NCBI RefSeq assembly: GCF_964355755.1 | Contig: NC_092674.1 | Span: 29,140,001 to 29,204,000 of the forward strand | DNA: 64,000 bases | From: Antedon mediterranea | Lineage: Eukaryota > Animalia > Echinodermata | Reading direction: 5' to 3' | Position numbers and translations under genes: made by a program | In this document: one piece after another, positions 12,301 through 24,300 of the stretch | Numbering within the stretch: the stretch's first letter is position 1 | How the letters are laid out: every line of letters starts with the position of its first letter | Notes under the pieces: model-generated | Database searches by the model: none | Told to the model about the DNA's origin: nothing | What the model saw: the letters and a program-made list of their open reading frames with translations, nothing else

Positions 12301-15300
12301 TTGTGAATGCTAGGCCGCTGGGGATAACTAGCTTACTGGCTTACCTTGGATCTTCCTATGTACCTGATCTTTTTAGTGCATTTATTTATATCAACATTTA
12401 TTGTGTAATGTACACTCTGGATAAACTATATTAAAATGAACCGAGGAATATATAGTAAAGGTAGACGTTCCAGATCTAAAACTGGGGTAAGTTATTAATA
12501 TTATTCATAGGATTTATGTTGTCTATATATAGGGCTGTGTGTGAATATTAAAAAACACAAATATAAAGGTTAATTAGGGAGACCTCATTTAATAGCAAAT
12601 ACCTGACTCTACTGTATGTTACAATCTCTTGGATAGAAGATACTTCACAACAATCTCTTACTGTACACCCCTCCCCCCAAATTGATCCACAAAAAAAAAT
12701 AAAATTACTTTACTGCTAGGGCAAATAAAAATCTATTAAACTGGATACCATTTTTTTATAATCAAACTCAAATAGCTGTCTGCCTGTAGTAAATAAATTA
12801 ATCAAATCATTTCATATGCTACAGTATAGTTATGAATGATAGCACATTTTACAACACTGTACAGTAGTGGATTTAATGACAACACTGACTATTCCAAAGG
12901 TCAATTATTGTTTTATTATGAACCCTTAACAGTAGAGTTTGTACTTGAGTAAACTCCTTAATTCTATTTGAATAGCATTCACTCTTCTTAGTCATTTTAT
13001 AATATACTGATCAAGTATTCTCATTCTGTATTTAATCAGTGGCTTTGAATCACAGAAAGGGGTTTCCTCATTAGGCCCAGCTAGCCCTTCCCAGCTCCCA
13101 CCTAAATTTTCTAAAATTATAATGCAAAATATAGGAAATTTTTTAGGTTAAGTTGAGCTTCGGCTATATCTTGGCTACCTTTTGTATTGAAATTGTTTTT
13201 GTTTGATACAATTAAGAAGAAGTAAAGTAATACCAACTTCATATCACCATTTTTAGGCCTTGGCCTCCTATTTAAAAAACCAGACCCGTCTCTGGCTTCA
13301 GTGTTAAAAAATACATTTCCCCATTAATAGGTGTATCCCCTGAATAGGTGTATCCCCTGAATAGGTGTATCCCCTGAATAGGTGTGTCCCCTGAATAGGT
13401 GTGTCCCCTGAATAGGTGTGTCCCCTGAATAGGTGTGTCCCCTGAATAGGTGTGTCCCCTGAATAGGTGTGTCCCCTGAATAGGTGTGTCCCCTGAATAG
13501 GTGTGTCCCCTGAATAGGTGTGTCCCCTGAATAGGTGTGTCCCCTGAATAGGTGTCTCACTTAAATAGGTGTGTCCCCTGAATAGGTGTCTCACTTAAAT
13601 AGGTGTGTCTCTTCGAATAGAGGTGTACCAAGAGAGTGTTCTACTGTATAACAGTATAATAGTTTATACTGTACCTTAAACCTTTACTAACACCCTTAAA
13701 ATAGGTCAAGTGGTAAATGTGAATTGGCCACATTTTTCTAGAATGACTTAAACACAATGGTACTCATTATTACCAGATACTATTGCTCATGTTCCCTATT
13801 GTTGTGTATGCTAAGTGTGAATATAATTGAAAGCATTGTTTTGTATCCTAATTGTACTTTGAATGGTGTCTAGTTACCCTGGGTCTGCTGGGCTGGTTTC
13901 TAACTTGAATAATAAGAGGATTTAAATGATTTATGAACAGGATCACTGAAGTGTGAGAAAGTAGATGACGAGTCAGTCATAATTGATTTGATAACTTTCT
14001 AAAGACAGCTGATGAAAATAAATATCATATGACATTATTATTCAATATCATGTTTTTTGTAAAAAATATAGTGCAATAATAATTCAGGCAGTACAGGTCA
14101 TTCATTAATAAATGGTATATTTACAAGAATCATCAGTAAAACTATGGATAGTCCTATAAATTAGAAACTGAATTGTGATACATTTTTACATGGATCATAA
14201 TTTACAACAATGTATTAACTAGGTCACAAGATAAACAAAAACATTGTCCCTGTATTCATAAGTAAAAAAGTTAAAGATAACATTAAGAAAGTCGAAAAGA
14301 AACCAACTATTATAAGTCAACAATGTGTTGTATATAAATTTAAATGTGACTTGTGTGATGCAAGTTATGTTGGATATACATGCCGACACCTCCACCAACA
14401 CATTGTTGAACATAGTAGATGTTTAATAGGACAGCATTTAAAGGATCACAACGTGATTGTATTAAAAAAGTTTGAAAAAACTGACAATAAAACAGGGAAA
14501 AAACCCAATTCAAATAGATGACAGGCAAATTCAAGTTGATAGACCTGTAGACCGGTCATACAATTGGAATGTATTTTCTTTCTTTCTTTCTTTATTCAAT
14601 TTTTCACACTTCAAAAAAAATACAAGTTATATCTACTGTTACTGTACAGTATATACCAGTAACCATATTCACCAATCACACTAAAGTAAGATATTTCTCT
14701 TCTTAATATTAGGTATTTCACTTAACTCAATACAAAAAACATGCATACAAAAAGTACACTGCGAAGGCCAACAAATCATAAAATGCTTTATGGACATTAA
14801 TTAATCAATTTACCAACTTTATTACCTCTATGGCATTTGTAGTATATTTATTAATTGGTATATACTTCTCCATTTATGGCATAATAATATTGTAATTAAT
14901 AGTAATTAAACAATATTTTTTAATAATGTGAAATTTTTTCATTATTCTACGCAGTTCAACTGTACTTTTGTATTGCCTTAGGCTTTTTATATTAAAAACA
15001 AAAAACTTCTTTTTTATTTTAAAATAATATCGTTTCATAGAATTGTTTTGTTTAATTATGACTAAAAATTACCATTACTGCAGCTGCTCACTACTGTACA
15101 TTGTTGCTATCACCTTATTTGATGGTATTATTAATATTAATTGAAATTTAGACACTTTTCAATATACTGTTACTACTATAACAGTATCTGTACTTTGCAT
15201 TGCTTATAATAGGCTCCAGTCTTTATATTATAATTAACCTTATTTTATTTTAAAATATATTAAAACATTTGTTTTTGTATAAAATAAACTAAAATAGTAG

Positions 15301-18300
15301 TAGCTATGTAATTCAATGCACACTTGAATTTGTACTGTAGTACATCACAATATAAAACATAACATTATTGTTATGCATTTATTTATGGATTTTGTTTCAA
15401 TCTATGGTCGTTCAATTGTTTGATTAATGGCATCATATTTCTCGTTGTACAAACTGGTTGTACAAACTTCTAATGGAAACTTTTCTATTACCAATAGGCA
15501 AATCAATATCACTATTTAATACTTAATAATTCAGGGTTCTCGCCCCGGTGGGCGTCGATGGTCGGCCCCGTCCACCACTCGGAATTTCCTACCACCACTT
15601 TCATGGAGCCGACCACCACTGTATTTACACATGTAGATCGTAGCTATTATTAATTTTGCACACCTTGTTACCGCACAAAAAGAAAATCGTAGGGTTTTTT
15701 ACGAATTTCTTTTTTTCCCGACCTCATTATGAAATACGTGGGCTGGCGGAGTAGTCGCCTTTTTTTGTGGGGGGGGGGGGGGGTTGTCGGGTCGCCGACC
15801 ACTACTCATGACATGCTGGTGAGAACCCTGATCAGTGATAATAATAATATACAGTAATATTAATTCATACTTTATTGTGAATGTGAATAGTTTACTGTGC
15901 AATAATGATTATAATGTATTGTATTCTTTGAAAATGAAACATACAGTATAAATGTACAGTAGATGCTGGAGACCTACTTCAATTTCATATTATTTCTCTT
16001 TAAATACTAATGGGGAGGAGAAATGAAAGCATAACTTATACAGTAAGGAATAGGCTCCTCAAAACCAAAAATATGAAATATAAATAATATTACAAAAAAA
16101 ACATTTGCAAAGGTACTGTGTGTAAAAACGAACGTAGTAAGCAAATTCCATTTATTAATACAAGGCTGTTAGTTATTTATGAATTAACACATTACTTACA
16201 GTCTCATATCTAATATATAATTTATGGTTTATGCTTTAGAGTGACTATATGTTTAGTACAGTTGTTCTTTTCTAAATTTATTTTTCTTTGTTCTAATAGT
16301 AATACTGTGCAACATCTTTGAAATCTGATATACTGTATATATTATATTCTTAATAATAATTACTGTATATTCTTTTTCTATTTTATTTACTATTTTATAG
16401 GTTGATACTCGTGATCAGGAGATAGGTCGGCTTGGGCGGCAGCTTGAGGGCGGGAGGCCGTATGATGTCGTTTCCATGGAAGCAAAAAACAAAGGAAATG
16501 ACCGATTGGTGTCTCATCTGAACATTCAGGTAAAATATCTTTTTTTAGAGTTATTGTTGAATGTACTACTAGCAATGGTACTTTGTTTTATAATAAATCG
16601 TAAATTACCTTTGAAATTAATCATTCATTTATGAACTTCCAGAGAAAAAACTGTTTAAATTAAATTCTGCAAACAAATATTTGTCTGGTAGGCCCTATTC
16701 TTACTGTATCTGCCCACCACAGGTATAAACATTTTTTTTTTAGACTGTATAAACATTTTTTTATTTTTGTTATATTCCAGATTGACTACCTGCAAGAGGC
16801 GAACCGTGATCTGGAGAAGCGTTTGAAAGAGGCTCTTCTCAACAGAGAAGATGCTGTCACCACAGTTGATGAACTGGGTCTTAAGAACCAGGAACTGGTT
16901 GCAGAACTGCAAGACATTGATCGTCTAACCAAACGACTGCAAACTGACAAAGATGTGGCAATTGCGGCAGCCGATCAAGATGTCTCCGAGGCTAAGGTTG
17001 AACTGAGGCACACGATACATGAGTTAGAATCAGTGGAGTTGGAAATGAACCAGATGAGACAGGTATGATGTACAGTATACTCTTGAAGTTTAAACTTGGC
17101 TGTAAGAAAGGACTTTTATTCAGCTTCTAAAGTAGTACTTTAGTAGTTGGACCATTAAAACATATTTTAAATACAACAGTTGTGGAAAACCATGCGTATT
17201 AGTCCAGGCCTGACAGTGTTTGAGAGTTGACTATTATAGAATCCAATTTAATAAATAATTTTTTAGGAGCGGAAAAATATTTTGGCTGATGTCGAGCAGT
17301 TGACGAGGGAGCAGCAAATCAAAGATGCAGAGTTGAACGACCTCAGAGAGATGATGCACAAAGTACAAGAAGACAAGAGGAAGCTTAGCGATCGAGTCAA
17401 CAAACTCACATCAAATGGTGAGGTCAAAGTTTAATTTTTGTTGTGTCATAAGATGTTTTGGCCTACTCTGACTTTGTACTGTGAACTCAGTGCATTGAGA
17501 ACACCTTGAGGGGAACTTACTTTAATCATACTCTGACTTTGTACTGTGAACTCAGTGCATTGAGAACATCTTGAGCGGAACTTACTTTAATCAGTTGTTA
17601 TATGTTGTATATGTTGTATATGTTATTATTGAATTATCTTAAGAAAAATTAAGTATTGTTCATTGTTTTTCATTCATATTATACAGAACATTTCCTAACC
17701 TAAAGTGATTAGTGGAATTTCCTTTACATGACATAGTTCTATGTTTTATCTATCTGCATTAATTGACTTTGCATGAGTGTTGTGGTAAACAAAACCCATT
17801 GTCAATGGAAAATGAATGGCCAAGTTAATTACAAGTACATCACAATATGATCGTTGGTCCATTATATTAGTTTAGTCGTTATGATTCCTACAACAATAAC
17901 AAACCTCAGCGAAGCACGTTATTGTTTATTGGATTATTAAAGAGCATGTCGTTACAATCGTATGTCCCATGTCTTTATATTGTTGCACTTGTAAAAATGT
18001 ATATTAAATAATAATAGCAGCGCCACAAACCAATCTACCTTGAATGTAAAACCGTAACAAAATAAATATTTACTAAAATATGTACCATCCAACCAAAAGT
18101 AAACGCATTAAAAAACATTCAACCAAAATAAACAAAGATAAAGAGCATAAAGAAGGCATAACAACTAATTAATACACATTGTAATGTTTGAATAGTGGTT
18201 TGTTTCAAATATAATTGTTTTGTTGGTTTGTCCTATTTCCTTTGTGTGTAAAAAGCAACAATATCGCCGTAGTTTTGCTCAGTACAAATAGTACAGTAGT

Positions 18301-21300
18301 TACTTTAAATACACTTTTTTCTCGCACTGTCCCTTTAACCATTCTTCATTATTGATCTGTATTATTTGTTTAGTTAAATTAAGTTTTGAAAAATAATTTT
18401 CTTTAGCAATTATCACGCACATGAATTAAAATACAGGCACGTATATTACATTAAATTTACAATGCATTGTTGTCTTTTGTCTCCTTCACCGGAGCATACA
18501 TTGTCATCTTTTGTCTTCTTCACCGGCGCATGTAAAATGTTTATTGATCTCAGTTTATTTAAATTACTTGAAATCAGGCTAGAAGTACCTACTGCTTTTT
18601 TTCACACAGATACCTTTTGTTATTTTACAATCGTTGATTGTTCAAAGTCTGCCTAAAAATAGCAAGAAAACCAGAGCAATATCTGACTTTACTATAGTAA
18701 TAACTGCTTAATTTGTGATTAGAATTTTTGTGTATCAACATGTATTCACCATCGTTGTGTTCTTCCTTAGAACGAGAGCTCGTCCTGGAATTGGAGCGTC
18801 TTAGAACAAAAGGCAGCAAAGGACGGCGCGATAAATCGCCGACGAAGATGGATAGTTATATTAAAACGATTGAAGAAGAAAGAGATTACTTGAAAGGTGA
18901 AGTGGACATCTTGAATAAACTTATGAAGAACAAGTCTGTGTTATCAAGCCCTAGTAACAGCCCGCTGCGTAGTAGGTCAAGTAGCCCGTCAAAATCTGCT
19001 GCCCTAAAGGTAATTTTTAAATTTTACTAGTTGGTGAGAATGGTGGAATTGATTAGCATAAATTTACCATACAATTCGTAACTCTACTTGATAATAATGA
19101 TTTATAATTAAATTTATATAATAAGAATATTTTTTTGTTTGTGTTACAGTCGTCACATCTAGAGACAACCATCAAAGTACTTGAAGACGAGAGAGATTTT
19201 TACAAAAAAGAGTATGAGATTATGAAATCCATCAGAACTAAGAGTGGAAGTCCAAGCAAAATACGAACACCGCCAGTTAGAGAAAAGGTATGAAAATTAT
19301 TTATAAAGAAAAAAAACATTTTTTTGTTAAATATTGAAAGATATATTGTCTCCCTGAAAGTTTTTGTTTCTTCGTTGAATATGTCATTTTAAGGTCGCAA
19401 AATAGACCAAAAACTGGATGGGAAAAAAAATTATTTACCTGAAAAAATGTAATTTAACCATTTATTTTGACTTTTTATATGTGAAATGGTTATTTTTTTT
19501 GTTTTTTTTTCTATAGAAGTGAATAACTTTATTAAAACTGCAAAATGGCCTATTAAAAGTCTGATTTTATTAATCTTCATTTTTTATGTTTTGGGAGACA
19601 ATACATCTTTAAAGTGTTTGTATTTATTTGTGAACATTTTTTTACAGAATAATTTTGATGAAACTGAGATATTTAGGTTGAGAAGAGAACGAGACGAACT
19701 GCAAACAGTTCTGGATAAATTTGAAAGACATCTTGCCGAGGTAAGTAAATATTTGTAATACGACCTACCTGTAAATAATTTAGTGGCTTTTTTTCCCATT
19801 ATGTACCCCTTTTTTTAATGCAACATCAACATCATCACATCAGTAAGGCCCCTATTATTGGTGTTCCCTTAATTTCTGGTTTCTTTAGTTTGAAACATAA
19901 TATATTGCCCCACTAAAAGTGTCCCCTAAATAGAGGTGTTTACTAAATAGGGGTGTCTCAAAGGAGGGGTTCTTGTGGTGTAAATATTATCATCTTTACA
20001 AAGACTACAAAGACTACAAACACTGTTATAATAAATAATAACACTGTTAATTTATGCTTTGTTATTTTTCCATTTTTACTTAAATAGATTCAGAGTAATG
20101 TCAAAGTGTTAACAGCTGACAGAGACAAAACTAAACTGCTCTATGAACAGGTATGATTTATTAATAAACAATAATAATGATAAATAAAATTATCTCAATA
20201 TTTCCTTCACCCTTCTTCTTCCCTCAGAGTATTTCCTGCACCCTTCTTCTTCCCTCAGAGTATTTCCTGCACCCTTCTTCTTCCCTCAGTATTTCCTGCA
20301 CCCTTCTTCTTCCCTCAGAGTATTTCCTGCACCCTTCTTCTTCCCTCAGAGTATTTCCTGCACCCTTCTTCTTCCCTCAGAGTATTTCCTGCACCCTTCT
20401 TCTTCCCTCAGAGTATTTCCTGCACCCTTCTTCTTCCCTCAGAGTATTTCCTGCACCCTTCTTCTTCCCTAAAAGTATTTCCTGCACCCTTCTTCTTCCC
20501 TCAGTATTTCCTGCACCCTTCTTCTTCCCTAAGAGTATTTCCTGCACCCTTCTTCTTCCCTCAGAGTATTTCCTTCACCCTTCTTCTTCCCTCAGAGTAT
20601 TTCCTGCACCCTTCTTCTTCCCTCAGAGTATTTCCTGCACCCTTCTTCTTCCCTAAGAGTATTTCCTGCACCCTTCTTCTTCCCTCAGAGTATTTCCTTC
20701 ACCCTTCTTCTTCCCTCAGAGTATTTCCTTCACCCTTCTTCTTCCCTCAGAGTATTTCCTGCACCCTTCTTCTTCCCTCAGAGTATTTCCTGCACCCTTC
20801 TTCTTCCCTAAGAGTATTTCCTGCACCCATCTTCTTCCCTCAGAGTACTTCCTGCACCCTTCTTCTTCCCTCAGAGTATTCCCTGCACCCTTCTTCTTCC
20901 CTCAGAGTATTTCCTTCACCCTTCTTCTTCCCTCAGAGTATTTCCTTCACCCTTCTTCTTCCCTCAGAGTATTTCCTGCACCCTTCTTCTTCCCTCAGAG
21001 TATTTCCTTCACCCTTCTTCTTCCCTCAGAGTATTTCCTTCACCCTTCTTCTTCCCTCAGAGTATTTCCTGCACCCTTCTTCTTCCCTCAGAGTATTTCC
21101 TTCACCCTTCTTCTTCCCTCAGAGTATTTCCTTCACCCTTCTTCTTCCCTCAGAGTATTTCCTGCACCCTTCTTCTTCCCTCAGAGTATTTCTTCCCTCA
21201 GAGTATTTCCTGCACCCTTCTTCTTCCCTCAGAGTATTCCCTGCACCCTTCTTCTTCCCTCAGAGTATTCCCTGCACCCTTCTTCTTCCCTCAGAGTATT

Positions 21301-24300
21301 TCCTGCACCCTTCTTCTTCCCTCACAGTATTTCCTTCACCCTTCTTCTTCCCTCAGAGTATTTCCTGCACCCTTCTTCTTCCCTCAGAGTATTCCCTGCA
21401 CCCTTCTTCTTCCCTCAGAGTATTCTCTGCACCCTTCTTCTTCCCTCAGAGTATTTCCTTCACCCTTCTTCTTCCCTCAGAGTATTTCCTGCACCCTTCT
21501 TCTTCCCTCAGAGTATTCCCTGCACCCTTCTTCTTCCCTCACAGTATTCCCTGCACCCTTCTTCTTCCCTCAGAGTATTTCCTGCACCCTTCTTCTTCCC
21601 TCACAGTATTTCCTTCACCCTTCTTCTTCCCTCAGAGTATTTCCTGCACCCTTCTTCTTCCCTCAGAGTATTCCCTGCACCCTTCTTCTTCCCTCACAGT
21701 ATTCCCTGCACCCTTCTTCTTCCCTCAGAGTAGTTCCTGCACCCTTCTTCTTCCCTCACAGTATTTCCTGCACCCTTCTTCTTCCCTCAGAGTATTTCCT
21801 GCACCCTTCTTCTTCCCTCAGAGTATTTCCTGCACCCTTCTTCTTCCCTCAGAGTATTTCCTGCACCCTTCTTCTTCCCTCACAGTATTTCCTGCACCCT
21901 TCTTCTTCCCTCAGAGTATTTCCTGCACCCTTCTTCTTCCCTCAGAGTATTCCCTGCACCCTTCTTCTTCCCTCAGAGTATTTCCTGCACCCTTCTTCTT
22001 CCCTCAGAGTATTCCCTGCACCCTTCTTCTTCCCTCAGAGTATTTCCTGCACCCTTCTTCTTCCCTCAGAGTATTTCCTGCACCCTTCTTCTTCCCTCAG
22101 AGTATTTCCTGCACCCTTCTTCTTCCCTCAGAGTATTTCCTGCACCCTTCTTCTTCCCTCAGAGTATTTCCTGCACCCTTCTTCTTCCCTCAGAGTATTT
22201 CCTGCACCCTTCTTCTTCCCTCAGAGTATTTCCTGCACCCTTCTTCTTCCCTCAGAGTATTTCCTGCACCCTTCTTCTTCCCTCAGAGTATTTCCTGCAC
22301 CCTTCTTCTTCCCTCAGAGTATTTCCTGCACCCTTCTTCTTCCCTCAGAGTATTTCCTGCACCCTTCTTCTTCCCTCAGAGTATTTCCTGCACCCTTCTT
22401 CTTCCCTCAGAGTATTCTCCGCACCCTTCTTCTTCCCTCAGAGTATTTCCTGCACCCTTCTTCTTCCCTCAGAGTATTTCCTGCACCCTTCTTCTTCCCT
22501 CAGAGTATTTCCTGCACCCTTCTTCTTCCCTCAGAGTATTTCCTGCACCCTTCTTCTTCCCTCAGAGTATTTCCTGCACCCTTCTTCTTCCCTCAGAGTA
22601 TTTCCTGCACCCTTCTTCTTCCCTCAGAGTATTTCCTGCACCCTTCTTCTTCCCTCAGAGTATTTCCTGCACCCTTCTTTCTCCGTCAGTTATTTTTCTG
22701 CACCTTTCCTCTCTCAAAGTCACAATGAAAGCACAGTTTCTATTTGAAGACTCTATTTTATGCTACATACACGTTTTTAAATCGTATCAAATAATAATTT
22801 ATTTATTTTCAGGCAAATGATGAGTTACAAAGATTGAGAATAGAGTTGGTGAAGTCACCTAAAGCATCGAGGTCGTCTATTGCAGCACAGTCCATTTTAA
22901 AACGTGTAGAAATTGAAAGAGATACAGCAATATCTGATTCAAGAAGAATGACGACTGAGAGGGATAGTCTGCGGGAAAGGTTAAAGGTCAGTCAACTTGC
23001 ACAGTACAGAATGTTGTTTCTTGTTTTGTTTTTTTCTGTGATTGCAGAATCTAGTATTCTTTATTGAATGATTTCACTGTGCAAAATATGAAATTTTAAA
23101 GTAGTCAACAATTTTGCCAATTATTGAGCATGCCCAAATGTTTGTCATGCTCTATTGCTTCTATCTTTGCTCTGTCTACACTATAAAAACTTTATGTGAC
23201 AAAAAAATGTGATATGGACATGATAGTAGGGCGGCCAATGTGTGCTTTTTCATCATGGGGGGCATTTTCTGTTAATAGCAGGCAACCATGTGGAATATAT
23301 CCCTTATGGGATGACAAAAAAGATAGGGGTGGATGCCGCTCTCAAATTTCAGGTCAAAGGTCATTTTCAAGGTTATAAGGTCAAATATGGTAAAATAGAG
23401 GTTTAAGCTGTTTTCAACAACATATAAGCTAATTAAAAGAAATGTAACCATTATTGGATCATTATTGACATATTGCTGCAGATGGTGAAGTTCATCAATT
23501 TTTCAACTTACAAGTTTAAAGGTCATTTTCAAGGTCATAAGAAAAAATAGAGCACAGACCTGTTAATTATCGGTATTAATAATTGAAATAAATATAATTT
23601 TCATGATAGCCTTTGGCTGATGGTTATAGTGTGGTGTCAAAAAGACCAGAATTGTACTGGGAAGATTTTAAACTTTTTGAGTCACTCCTGGAAGGTGTTC
23701 AAGGAATGGAGAGGATGAGTCCTAGAGTATCAAAATAACCGAAATTGGAGGCCCACTGGAATGTCTTAAATTTCATTTAAAAACGGTCACAGAGGATTTG
23801 TGGGTTGGGAGTAATGGGCGGCATGGGCACATGCCAATATTCAAAATTTGTCTGGGATGGAAGGAGGTAACGCTCTGAGGTGGGTATTTCTTCAAGCACT
23901 GATATATAATGCCTACTGGCCATCTGGGTAACGGCAAACGATTGAATCACAACCACATATGCATGCTTTCTGTAACAACTTCATCTGGCTCTTTAGTTTA
24001 CATACACATGTAACAAGTTCCAAACTGACAACTGGGTTAGGGGCTTCCAAACGACCCGATTCATTTAGGCCACATACTGATCTCTGCCTGATAGTTGGCT
24101 CGTATGTTTAGGTTCTATGATATCTGTATTCACCATAGGTGAGTTTTTTTAATTTTAAGTGTTTCCCGAAGTAGAAATACAGGTACTTAAATATTTATTG
24201 AGTGAAGTGAAATACTTAATATTTAAGGGAAATATATATCACTAGGGTTAATGGTATATGGTCACTGAGTCTAGATGGAGGTAGCACCAAAGAGTAGTCT

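Noticed and set aside
13304-13594. Repetitive ORFs ([17 protein letters not shown])
   Set aside because: Read-through of the 17-bp minisatellite.
20177-20656. 159-aa ORF with repeating [12 protein letters not shown]
   Set aside because: Translation of the 31-bp minisatellite inside a CEP135 intron.
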